Source: Desulfatiglandales bacterium (GTDB lineage Bacteria; Desulfobacterota; DSM-4660; Desulfatiglandales; Desulfatiglandaceae). Taken from it: DNA of 64,000 bases. The notes under the pieces were generated by a model. That model ran no database searches. It saw only the letters and a program-made list of their open reading frames with translations, and was not told the DNA's origin. Both the position numbers and the translations under genes were made by a program. This document shows positions 30,340-39,359 of this stretch, piece by piece. Positions within the stretch are counted from its first letter, which is position 1. Every line of letters starts with the position of its first letter. Where the stretch lies: NCBI GenBank assembly GCA_963666345.1, contig OY762721.1:192001-256000 (forward strand), in the 5' to 3' direction.

Positions 30340-30834
30340 ATGGACCCCAAAAAGATGCTCCAAGATAAGAAAATTTTGATAGTTGATGATGAAGTGGATA
30401 TCCTTGAGTTTCTTGGAGAAATCCTGGATATGTGCGATATTGACAAGGCTTCGGAGTTTCATGAGGCAAAGAATCTTTTGGAATCAAATAGTTACGACGT
30501 CACCATCCTGGATATAATGGGAGTACGCGGATATGAGCTGCTGGAAATCGCCCAGGCCCGGGATATCCCCGCTCTCATGCTGACGGCCCATGCGATTTCA
30601 AAGGAAAATCTGAAAAAATCGGTTGAAAAGGGTGCAAGCTATTATGTCCCAAAAGACGAGATAAACAATATTGATATCTATCTTTCAGACATACTCGAGG
30701 CGAGGGAAAAGGGCAAAAATGTATGGATAAAATGGTATGAGCGCATGAGCGGCTTCTGCAACAGAAGGTTCGGGCCGGACTGGAGAGATGAAGAACCTGA
30801 ATTCTGGGACGTGTACCTGAAAAATGACTCCTGA
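30340..30834 (+). CDS. Response regulator receiver protein with a Trp-rich C-terminal tail
   Basis: IVDDE, LDIMG, LTAHA, YVPK. Confidence 0.88.
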   Translation: MDPKKMLQDKKILIVDDEVDILEFLGEILDMCDIDKASEFHEAKNLLESNSYDVTILDIMGVRGYELLEIAQARDIPALMLTAHAISKENLKKSVEKGASYYVPKDEINNIDIYLSDILEAREKGKNVWIKWYERMSGFCNRRFGPDWRDEEPEFWDVYLKNDS

Positions 30835-30931
30835 GCTCATCGGCTTTAATAATTCCTCGCAAAGTGTATGTGGAAATATCCTGATTGTTTTTTTGCGATA
30901 ACCTTTTGAGAAGTGCAGGAGAGGATGAAAC

Positions 30932-31972
30932 ATGAAGCAGCAAAGTGTGGGAATCACGATAACTCAGCACATCCTTAATCAGCAAAGGAAAAACCCGGAG
31001 GCAACAGGGGCCTTTACAACTCTTATTTCTGAGCTGATTGTGGCTGCCAAGGTTATCTCACGAGAGGTAAACAAGGCGGGGCTGGTTGATATACTCGGAC
31101 CGACGGGAAAAATAAACATCCAGGATGAGCAGGTGCAGAAACTGGATATCTTTGCCAATCAGGTAATGATTGAAAGGATGCAGCACATCGGCGAGCTCTG
31201 GTGCATGGGTTCCGAGGAAGACCCCGATCTCATCGAAATCCCCTCCAGGTATCCTAAAGGCGAATACATCCTGGTGTTTGACCCGCTGGACGGTTCCTCA
31301 AACATAGATGTAGACGTCAGCATCGGGACGATCTTCGGGATCTACAGGAAAAAGGAGAATAACGATTCCGGAGAACCGCTTCTCGAGGATGTGCTTCAAC
31401 CCGGTATTGAGCAGGTAGCCGCCGGCTATTTCATATACGGATCAAGCACTATAATGGTTTACACCACCGGAAAGGGAAACGGAGTGCATGGTTTCACCCT
31501 TTTCCCCGATGTGGGAGAATTTCTGCTTTCACACGAAGATATCAAGATACCTGAAAGGGGAAGGATCTACAGTGTAAACGAGGGAAATTACGCCCACTGG
31601 GATGAAAAGACAAAGGCACTCATTCAATATTTCAAGACCAAGGACAAGGAAACCAGCAGGCCCTACTCATCCCGTTACGTAGGCAGCCTGGTAGCGGACT
31701 TTCACAGGAACCTCCTCAAGGGAGGCATATTCATGTACCCGGCCGATCTGAAGGACCCCAAAAAGCCGACAGGAAAACTGAGGCTCATGGTTGAGGCAAA
31801 CCCGCTTGCCTTTATCGTTGAGGAGGCCGGTGGATATGCCAGCGACGGCCATGGCCCCATACTGGAAATAGAGCCTTCGCAGCTTCATCAGAGGGTCCCC
31901 TTGTATATCGGAAGCAAAAAGGACGTGGAAGTGGCGGAATCCTTCATAGGCGGCGGAAAACAGCCTATTTGA
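30932..31972 (+). CDS. fbp: Class 1 fructose-1,6-bisphosphatase
   Basis: QKLD, SEE, FDPLDGSSN, RYVGSLVADFHR, GKLRL..EANPLA. Confidence 0.97.
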   Translation: MKQQSVGITITQHILNQQRKNPEATGAFTTLISELIVAAKVISREVNKAGLVDILGPTGKINIQDEQVQKLDIFANQVMIERMQHIGELWCMGSEEDPDLIEIPSRYPKGEYILVFDPLDGSSNIDVDVSIGTIFGIYRKKENNDSGEPLLEDVLQPGIEQVAAGYFIYGSSTIMVYTTGKGNGVHGFTLFPDVGEFLLSHEDIKIPERGRIYSVNEGNYAHWDEKTKALIQYFKTKDKETSRPYSSRYVGSLVADFHRNLLKGGIFMYPADLKDPKKPTGKLRLMVEANPLAFIVEEAGGYASDGHGPILEIEPSQLHQRVPLYIGSKKDVEVAESFIGGGKQPI

Positions 31973-32597
31973 CGGAATAGAACATCATTTCATTGAGCTC
32001 AAGGCAGGTGAGGCTCCCCCCGTACACCGCTCCGGTGTCGATCCCGATCTTATTTTTTTCTATAAGGGGTTTTTCAAAGGGGGTATGGCCGAAAATGACC
32101 TGTTTTCCAAAATCATGATCCGAGTAAATGAAGGGATCCCTTATCCACAACATATCCTGCGGGTCCTGTTCCTTGAGCCGCCTTCCCGGCCTGAAACCGG
32201 CGTGAACCACGATATGCCGTTCCAGTTCGATATACATCTTCAGGGATCCATAAAAATTGAGGTGGTCTTCAGGGACAGAAAAGCCTTTATCCCGGCTGTA
32301 GCTTCTTATCGTGCGCAGCCCGCCGTTCATAAAATAGAGGTCCCTGTCTCTTCCCGACATATACTCCAGAAACATCGATTCATGGTTCCCCATGAGGCAC
32401 TCTATGTTGGGTGAATCCCTTATGAGATCCAGTATGAAATTGACCACCTCCTTTGAATTTTCTCCCCTGTCGATATAATCACCTACAAATATCAGGCTGT
32501 CCATTGCCGGGTCCCAGTCGATCTTTTCCATCAGCCGCATCAATGGATCAAGGCACCCATGGATATCTCCAACAACGAATGTCCTGTTTTCTTTCAT
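31965..32597 (-). CDS. PPP-family (calcineurin-like) metallophosphoesterase
   Basis: GDIHG, GDYIDRG, GNHE, VHAG, FGHT, IDTG. Confidence 0.92.
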   Translation of the reverse strand: MKENRTFVVGDIHGCLDPLMRLMEKIDWDPAMDSLIFVGDYIDRGENSKEVVNFILDLIRDSPNIECLMGNHESMFLEYMSGRDRDLYFMNGGLRTIRSYSRDKGFSVPEDHLNFYGSLKMYIELERHIVVHAGFRPGRRLKEQDPQDMLWIRDPFIYSDHDFGKQVIFGHTPFEKPLIEKNKIGIDTGAVYGGSLTCLELNEMMFYSVK

Positions 32598-33529
32598 CGG
32601 AACCTGAAGATGATTCGCTTTCTTTCCCTTGTATCCAGCCTCTTGAGACCTGCCTCTCCGGCGGCGGCCACCGCCTCCCTGAACTCATACGACCTGAGCC
32701 GCCTGTCTATGTATTCATCCTCCCCCGCCCTGCCGCATGGTCTGTACTGATCCATGACATTGAGGTAGGTGCCGACAGAGATCTCTTCCGCGATAAAATC
32801 CGTTACATACCTTGATCCTGAGATCCCGTTGGGCATGACTAGGTGCCTCACAATAAGTCCCGTTTCGGCTAACCCCGCTTCATCCACCTTAAGATCCCCC
32901 ACCTGACGGTGCATCTCTTTCACCGCATCGATTGCATACCGCCTGTATCGGGGAGCATCACAGTACCTGAGTGCCCATTTGTCGTCCCAGAATTTAAAAT
33001 CAGGCATGTAGATATCAAAGATATTTTCCAGCAGCCTCAGCGTTTCAACCCGTTCATAGCCTCCGCAGTTATAGACCAGGGGCAGTTTGAAGCCGTTATC
33101 AACAGCCGGCAAAAGGGATTCCAGGATCTGGGGTACTACATGGGTGGGGGTGACAAAATTGATATTGTGACAACCCATCTCCTGAAGCCTCATCATCATA
33201 TGTGCCATCTGTTCAGGCCCCACTTCAATCCCTTCGGACAGATGACTTATCTCATAATTCTGACAAAACATGCACATGAGATTGCAGGAAGCGATGAAAA
33301 TGGTTCCCGATCCTAATCTTCCCACCAAGGGAGCCTCTTCGCCGAAGTGCGCGTCAAAGCTTGCCACGCGAGCCCTTCTTCCTGTCCGGCAGAAACCCGT
33401 TTCATTTTTCAGTCTGTTCACACCACACCTTCTGGGGCAAAGATGACACGATTTCATCATATCGGTTGCCACCGAGATACGGCGGGACAACTCCCCGCTT
33501 TCCGCCAGTTTCAGGTATGAGGGTTTCAT
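32594..33529 (-). CDS. Radical SAM protein, PflX-like
   Basis: CHLCPRRC, HFGEE, CNLMCMFCQN, HNINFVTP, DIYMPDFK; start set at ATG 33529. Confidence 0.9.
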   Translation of the reverse strand: MKPSYLKLAESGELSRRISVATDMMKSCHLCPRRCGVNRLKNETGFCRTGRRARVASFDAHFGEEAPLVGRLGSGTIFIASCNLMCMFCQNYEISHLSEGIEVGPEQMAHMMMRLQEMGCHNINFVTPTHVVPQILESLLPAVDNGFKLPLVYNCGGYERVETLRLLENIFDIYMPDFKFWDDKWALRYCDAPRYRRYAIDAVKEMHRQVGDLKVDEAGLAETGLIVRHLVMPNGISGSRYVTDFIAEEISVGTYLNVMDQYRPCGRAGEDEYIDRRLRSYEFREAVAAAGEAGLKRLDTRERKRIIFRFR

Positions 33530-33548
33530 GTCGTTTGGATCTTGAAAC

Positions 33549-33588
33549 AAAAAACCCCCTAAAAGAATATATCCTTGCAGGGGGTTCG
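33549..33588 (-). terminator. Intrinsic terminator after the YccA-family gene
   Basis: Minus-strand AACCCCCTG...TAGGGGGTT followed by a T run. Confidence 0.6.
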
Positions 33589-33621
33589 CTTTGATATCGC
33601 TCGTTGACGGCTTTTTCCTGT

Positions 33622-34326
33622 TTAGTCTCTGGAAGTTCCGAAAATCCTCAGCAGCATCAGGAAAAGGTTTATAAAATCGAGATAAAGTGAAAGAGCCCCC
33701 AGGATCGCCCCTTTTCTCATCACCCCCGCCTCGAGATCCCCAGGCCGGCTCATTGCCATGTTTTTTATCTTCTGGGTGTCATAGGCGGTCAGACCCACGA
33801 AAACGATAACCCCGATATAGCTTATTATCATATGCATGGCACTGCTTCTTATGAACACGTTGACAAGCGAGGCTATTATTATGCCTATGAGCCCCATCAT
33901 TACAAAACCGCCCAGAGAGGTGAGGTCTTTTTTGGTGGTCCATCCGTATATGCTGCATCCCACGAATGTCCCTGCGCATATGAAGAAAACGCTGGCAATG
34001 GACGCCCCGGTATACGCCAGGAATATAAAAGACAGCGTCACTCCGTTAAGTGCCGAATAGAGGATAAAAAGGGACGTTGCCGTACCGGCGCTTATCCTGT
34101 TTATCATCCCACTTATTGAGAATACAAGCCCCAGTTCGGCAAAGATTAATATAAAGAAAATAAAACGGTTCCCATATATAAGGTTGAGCATAGTCTGACT
34201 GCCGGCCACATAAAATGCGATAAATCCCGTCAGTGCAAGACCTATTGCCATCCAGTTATACACGCTTCTTACAAAATCGTTTACAAGGGCATCTGTCCCA
34301 GCTCTTGTTATTGAACCTTCAACCAT
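33622..34326 (-). CDS. Bax inhibitor-1/YccA family membrane protein
   Basis: Seven TM segments, AYDTQKIK, GALSLYLDFINLFL. Confidence 0.94.
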   Translation of the reverse strand: MVEGSITRAGTDALVNDFVRSVYNWMAIGLALTGFIAFYVAGSQTMLNLIYGNRFIFFILIFAELGLVFSISGMINRISAGTATSLFILYSALNGVTLSFIFLAYTGASIASVFFICAGTFVGCSIYGWTTKKDLTSLGGFVMMGLIGIIIASLVNVFIRSSAMHMIISYIGVIVFVGLTAYDTQKIKNMAMSRPGDLEAGVMRKGAILGALSLYLDFINLFLMLLRIFGTSRD

Positions 34327-34381
34327 CGGTTTGCCTCCTGAAATATTGTTTTCTACGGTAAAAGAATAATGTATCGTAACA

Positions 34382-34473
34382 GTTGATGCATCCGTAAAAG
34401 GCCAAAGACGACACGGTAAAGAGTTCTCCCGCCCTAGGTGCGTGGCAGTCGGTCTTTTTACATAGCCGTCAAC
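34382..34473. mobile_element. Short degenerate relative of the MITE-like element at 28829
   Basis: GTTGATGCATCCGTAAAAGGCC ... GGTCTTTTTACATAGCCGTCAAC imperfect terminal inverted repeats. Confidence 0.5.
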
Positions 34474-34581
34474 CTTTAAATTATAATCCCTATCATAAAA
34501 ACTTCAAGATCAATCAACCGGCAGATCAGGCCAAAAAAACAAACCTGCCCGTCACATAACGCTTGCTGTTAAATTAAAAGC

Positions 34582-34723
34582 GAAGGTGCCGGAGCTCTTT
34601 TCTTTGCTTCGCTATACTCAGTCCCCGTTAACCACTATAGAGCAGGCGCCGGCACTCTCTATCCGGCCTTATCTATTTTCTACGGAGAAAATGTGAATGG
34701 AGAAAGACCTCCATACTTTTTTT
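34582..34723 (+). ncRNA. Candidate intergenic small RNA
   Basis: Extended -10 TGtTAAATT (34567-34575), long hairpin 34586-34655, hairpin 34675-34692, terminator ATGGAG/CTCCAT then T7; opposite strand to both neighbours. Confidence 0.4.
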
Positions 34724-34817
34724 GACTCATGAACGGGGGAAGCCCTGGCCGTAAGACTCGGAACAGAAAAAAATGATCCATGCCGTGGTATTGAAAAGGG
34801 ATTCTGTAGCGCCTGTG

Positions 34818-36065
34818 CTATTTATCTATCTTTTCAAGCCGTTCAACCCTTTCAAGAAGCGGGGGATGGGAATAGTTGAACAGGACATACAGGGGGTGTG
34901 GCCTGATATCTGCAAGATTATCCTTTGCCATTTTTTTAAGGGCGGAAGAAAGCATTTCAGGCCCGCCTGCCGCCCGCGCTCCATAATAATCGGCCTCTCT
35001 TTCAAATCTCCTGGACAGGGCCATACTGATCGGCGACAAGAAAAAACCGACAGGCCCCCAGATCACCCCTACCAGAAATAAACCCACGTATGCCGATGTT
35101 TCCGAAAAACCGAAGGCCTCATACATCCCCTCCCATTCAATCATCAATGAGGCGGCATAGAAAAGGACAAGCGTACTGAAAGAGCTGATAAGAAGCTGTT
35201 TCAAGATATGTCTTTTCTTTAAATGACCGATCTCATGGGCAAGTACGGCAGCTATTTCGCCCACGCTGTGAGAGCTTATCAGGGAATCAAAAAGCACTAT
35301 CCTCTTTGCCTTTCCAAGACCTGAAAGATATGCGTTGGTGTGCCTGCTCCGTTTGGAGGCATCCATTTGAAAAATCCCCTTGAGACCTATCCCCTGTCTT
35401 GCGGCCAGATCTTCCACCTCCTTTCTCAGATTTTCATCTTCAACAGGAGTGAATTTATTGAAAATAGGTGCAATAACAGTAGGATACAGTACCGTAACAA
35501 GGAGCTGGAATAAAATAAACAGGACCCATGCCCATATCCACCAGTTTTTCCCCGAATATTCAAGAATAACCAGCACCAGACAGAGAAGTCCTCCTCCCAG
35601 AACCGCGACAATCAGCACCCCCTTGATCTGATCCATTACCCAGGTCAGGCGGGTGGCCGTATTAAAACCGTGCCTGTCCTCTAAGACAAAACGATTATAG
35701 TAATCAAAAGGCATGCCGGCACAGACCATGATCACGGATGGAAACGCGAAAAAAAGGACCCCTGAAAGGATGTACGGAAGCCCTTTTGTCAACCCCCGGA
35801 ACCAGGGAAGCAACTCTGTAAGAATGATCAGGAGGAACAGTGTCTTTGACACGGCAGAGTGAAACATGTTGAAACGGCTCCGATCCCTGCTGTAACTGGA
35901 TATCTTGTTTAGCTCCGCCCTGTCTATATAACCCCTGAACTGCTCCGGGGGTTGCTCACTGAATTTTGCGCAATATCCGGAATTAATAAACTCTATAAAT
36001 AGTTCTCCGAGCCCGCTTACCGCAAACAGGAAAAGATACGCTATCAAAACGGGATTTGCATTCAT
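34818..36065 (-). CDS. M48 family (Ste24-like) zinc metallopeptidase
   Basis: NAY..G.G..KRIVLFD, HEIGH, EREAD, YSHPPL. Confidence 0.93.
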   Translation of the reverse strand: MNANPVLIAYLFLFAVSGLGELFIEFINSGYCAKFSEQPPEQFRGYIDRAELNKISSYSRDRSRFNMFHSAVSKTLFLLIILTELLPWFRGLTKGLPYILSGVLFFAFPSVIMVCAGMPFDYYNRFVLEDRHGFNTATRLTWVMDQIKGVLIVAVLGGGLLCLVLVILEYSGKNWWIWAWVLFILFQLLVTVLYPTVIAPIFNKFTPVEDENLRKEVEDLAARQGIGLKGIFQMDASKRSRHTNAYLSGLGKAKRIVLFDSLISSHSVGEIAAVLAHEIGHLKKRHILKQLLISSFSTLVLFYAASLMIEWEGMYEAFGFSETSAYVGLFLVGVIWGPVGFFLSPISMALSRRFEREADYYGARAAGGPEMLSSALKKMAKDNLADIRPHPLYVLFNYSHPPLLERVERLEKIDK

Positions 36066-36292
36066 ATGGGTATTGACATAAGCTTTTCATGAAGATTTAC
36101 TGTTTATCGCCCCGCAACCGCCATTTTGTCTGAGACTCGAAAGATTAGTATGATACGGCAAAGTGATCAAGAAGTCACGTGAGGTTCATAGATCACCTCG
36201 GCAACCAGGGCGGGGCAAAATCATGGGGTTGATCGACTCCAGGGATTGAAACATCGACCCCTTTTACCCACTCATATCGGAGAAGCGGTATA

Positions 36293-37510
36293 ATGGACAG
36301 CGAAAGGCTTTTTATAGTAATGATGGGACTGCCTGCCAGAGGCAAATCTACCCTTGCAAACAAACTGAAGGAAAATCTTGTCCGGGATTCGATAAAGACC
36401 AGGATCTTCAATAACGGTGACCTGCGCAGGAGACTCATCAAGCGGGATACGTCCTATCCGGAATTCTATGACCCGGACAACTATGAGGCGGCGACATTCA
36501 GGGAGAAGATAGCCCTCATAAACATAAACCGCGCAAAAAAATTCCTGGAGCATCGCGGCGATGTGGCGATACTGGATGCGACCCATGTAAGCAGAAAGAG
36601 GAGACAAAGGGTCACCGGCCTGTTGAAAGATCACCCGATCCTGTTTATCGAGTGCGTCAACATGGACCCTATGATCCTTGAAGCCAGCATAGAAAGGAAG
36701 ACCACCCTGCCTGAATTCACTCACCTGTCAAAGGCAGAGGCAAGAAAGAGTTTCAAGGAAAGGATAAGGTACTATGAGCGCATATACAGCCCCTTGGGGA
36801 AGGAAACAAACTATGTCCGGCTTGATACCCTCAACAACCGGATAGAGGAGGAGGAGATAAAAGGCTCAATCCCCTTTTACGACCGCTTGAGGGATTTTCT
36901 TGTCACGGACAGTGTAAAGAACCTGTTTCTTATAAGGCATGGGGAGACATATTTTAATCTTGAAAACAGGATAGGCGGAGACTCCAGCCTTACGGAAACC
37001 GGGGTTGCTCAGGCCAGAGCCCTTTCCAGGGCTTTCAGCAGCCGGAAGATCCCCTTTATTTTTACAAGTGAAAAAAAGCGAACCATTCAAACCGCCGAAC
37101 CTATAAAGGCGCTTCAGAGTAAGTGCTCAATCATCGGCCTAAAGGAATTCAACGAGATAGACAGCGGGGTCTGCGAATGCATGAGTTATGAGGAAATCAA
37201 CCTGAAGATGCCGGAGATCTATCATGCCAGAAAAGTGGACAAATACAATTACATATATCCGCAAGGCGAAGGATATATTTCCATGAAAAAGAGGGTCTAC
37301 CTCGGAATAAAGAAGGCCCTTTATCTCAGCGGCAACGCCAGCAATATCATGATAATAGGGCACAGGGCGGTAAACCGCATGATCCTTTCACACTTCCTAT
37401 ACAAAAGGCAGGAAGACGTGCCCTACATATACGTGCCCCAGGACAAGTTTTATCATGTAGTGGCCACGCAGGACAAAAAGCTTTTCCAGCTCAAGGCCTA
37501 CGATATCTGA
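36293..37510 (+). CDS. Bifunctional 6-phosphofructo-2-kinase/fructose-2,6-bisphosphatase-like protein
   Basis: Kinase: VMMGLPARGKST, FNNGDLRR, DATH..R.RR. Phosphatase: RHGE, RIGGD, NEIDSGVCE.MSYEEI, DKYNYIYPQGE, GHRAV. Confidence 0.9.
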   Translation: MDSERLFIVMMGLPARGKSTLANKLKENLVRDSIKTRIFNNGDLRRRLIKRDTSYPEFYDPDNYEAATFREKIALININRAKKFLEHRGDVAILDATHVSRKRRQRVTGLLKDHPILFIECVNMDPMILEASIERKTTLPEFTHLSKAEARKSFKERIRYYERIYSPLGKETNYVRLDTLNNRIEEEEIKGSIPFYDRLRDFLVTDSVKNLFLIRHGETYFNLENRIGGDSSLTETGVAQARALSRAFSSRKIPFIFTSEKKRTIQTAEPIKALQSKCSIIGLKEFNEIDSGVCECMSYEEINLKMPEIYHARKVDKYNYIYPQGEGYISMKKRVYLGIKKALYLSGNASNIMIIGHRAVNRMILSHFLYKRQEDVPYIYVPQDKFYHVVATQDKKLFQLKAYDI

Positions 37511-37535
37511 ACAGCCCCCTGACCGGGAACCGCAA

Positions 37536-37700
37536 CTAATCGAACAGCCCCTTTACCATGTACAATTTTCCTTCCCGATGGTTCAGGTACATTACAATGC
37601 TCCTGAGCGGTTCAGGCTTGATCCCCGTCTCTTCCATTATTGTTTGAGCGTCTTTTTCAAGACGTATAAGCTGTTTTACCTTGTTTATATTCCAGTTCAA
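37536..37700 (-). CDS. Small hypothetical protein (54 aa)
   Basis: Manual: TTG start after AAGGGGTGG; MNWNINKVKQLIRLEKDAQTIMEETGIKPEPLRSIVMYLNHREGKLYMVKGLFD*; 14 nt after the synthetase stop. Confidence 0.65.
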   Translation of the reverse strand: MNWNINKVKQLIRLEKDAQTIMEETGIKPEPLRSIVMYLNHREGKLYMVKGLFD

Positions 37701-37714
37701 AAATCCACCCCTTT

Positions 37715-39268
37715 TTATTTCCTGCTTTCTTTAAAAAAGCGTTTCACATTATCGTTTAATACCTTTCCCATGCTGTTTCTGGGAAGCTCGTCAACAAATA
37801 TTACCTGTTTGGGGCACTTCCACGGCTGAAGATCTTTCCTGCAAAAATCCATGATCTCCTCCGGCGCGGCCTCCCCGCCCTGTTCCAGGACTACTGCCGC
37901 ACATACCATTTCACCCCACAGTTCATCCTCGATGCCTACTACCGCTGAATCGGCCACACCCTCAAATCGGGCGATTACGGACTCAACCTCCTTGGGTGAA
38001 ACATTCTCGCCGCCTGATATGATAATGTTCTTTATTCGGTCTGTAAGATAATAATAACCATCCTTATCCGCCTTTGCCATATCACCCGTTCTGAACCACC
38101 CATCCCTGAAGGCACTCTCGTTTTCCTCGGGCCGGTTCCAGTACCCCGGGCTTATCCCTTCTCCCTTGAGCCATATTTCACCGGTCTGTCCATGCTCCAT
38201 ATCCACCAAGGTCTCGGGATTCACCAATCTTACCTCAACTCCGGACATGGGCAACCCTATGGATCCGGCCTTTTTGATGCCTCTGACCGGATTGGAAAAA
38301 TTCATGCCCGTCTCAGACATGCCTTCACGTTCGACAGGTTCCTTCCCGAAAGTCGTCTTTATAAGCTCAAAGAGCCTCAGTGAAAGAGGGGCGGACCCTG
38401 ATGCGATAAGCCTTAAATTCTCGTAGTTCCCTCCGTTATCCTCTGCGTATCCAACCAGCCTTTCATACATGGAGGGTACACCCATGCAAAACGTGCAGGC
38501 AGTTCCTCCGTAGCCCTCGGACAGGACTTTTGAAACGACCTCACGGGAAAACCTGTCAAGCATGATTACCCCGGCGCCTGCGAGAAGCGGTGTATGAAGG
38601 GCGAAGCAAAGCCCATGCACATGAAATATGGGCAGCGCGTGGCAGATAGTGTCCGATTCGCCGATTTCCCACGCGGACATGACCTTTTGTGCATCGTGAA
38701 GCAGGTTTTTATGTGTAAGCATCGCCCCTTTCGGCCTTCCCGTAGTGCCGGAGGTATAGATTATAAGCGCCGTCTGCTCAGGTAGAAGCTCAATATTGGT
38801 CAGTTCCGGTCCGCAGGCACACCCGAAAGAGGCCCATATCTCTTTTTCACGGCCCTTTTCAAAAATAAGCCTGTTTACACAGCCGCCTATCCTGTCGATC
38901 ACACGGCCGGCCGAGTCCCCGCATATTACCAGACAGGGGCTGCAGTCAGGCACCAGGAATGACAATTCATGCTCAGTCAAAAGGGGATTAAGAGGAACGG
39001 ATACGGCCCCGATCGCCTGGGCCGCCAGATGCGCAAACAAGAAAAAAGGCTCCTTTTCCATCAGAAGCATTACCCGGTCCCCTTTTCTTACGCCGAGCCC
39101 ATCCAGTATCCCCGCCATGCGCCTGGTATGATCATACATATCCTGATATGAATATTCCGATTCCTTTTGCCCGTCTCTCAAAAACACCATCGCGGTTTCC
39201 CCGCCCTTTGTTCTGAACGTCTCAAAGAGCGCCCTCACGAGGGTATCTGCTTTTAATATGTCTTTCAT
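37715..39268 (-). CDS. AMP-forming acyl-CoA synthetase (MatB/malonyl-CoA synthetase-like)
   Basis: YTSGTTGRPKG, LPIFHVHGL, SGSAPL, EREGMSET, GWFRTGD, LPRNSMGKV. Confidence 0.88.
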   Translation of the reverse strand: MKDILKADTLVRALFETFRTKGGETAMVFLRDGQKESEYSYQDMYDHTRRMAGILDGLGVRKGDRVMLLMEKEPFFLFAHLAAQAIGAVSVPLNPLLTEHELSFLVPDCSPCLVICGDSAGRVIDRIGGCVNRLIFEKGREKEIWASFGCACGPELTNIELLPEQTALIIYTSGTTGRPKGAMLTHKNLLHDAQKVMSAWEIGESDTICHALPIFHVHGLCFALHTPLLAGAGVIMLDRFSREVVSKVLSEGYGGTACTFCMGVPSMYERLVGYAEDNGGNYENLRLIASGSAPLSLRLFELIKTTFGKEPVEREGMSETGMNFSNPVRGIKKAGSIGLPMSGVEVRLVNPETLVDMEHGQTGEIWLKGEGISPGYWNRPEENESAFRDGWFRTGDMAKADKDGYYYLTDRIKNIIISGGENVSPKEVESVIARFEGVADSAVVGIEDELWGEMVCAAVVLEQGGEAAPEEIMDFCRKDLQPWKCPKQVIFVDELPRNSMGKVLNDNVKRFFKESRK

Positions 39269-39359
39269 ATCTTCCCTAGTTCACGTTAGGCGTTCCAACG
39301 CCCGGCATAACAAACTGGCCCTTTCGGAGCAAACCGACGGTCCTTTTCGCCTGGATTCT

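Noticed and set aside
31965..31972. Convergent 8-nt overlap of fbp and the phosphatase gene
   Set aside because: Short tail-to-tail overlaps are common; no sign of function
36165..36234. SAM-I or SAM-I/IV riboswitch resemblance (ATCAAGA...GGCAACC...GAT)
   Set aside because: The required GGTGC reads GGGGC, spacing is off and the downstream gene is unrelated to sulfur metabolism; kept only as a weak generic switch candidate
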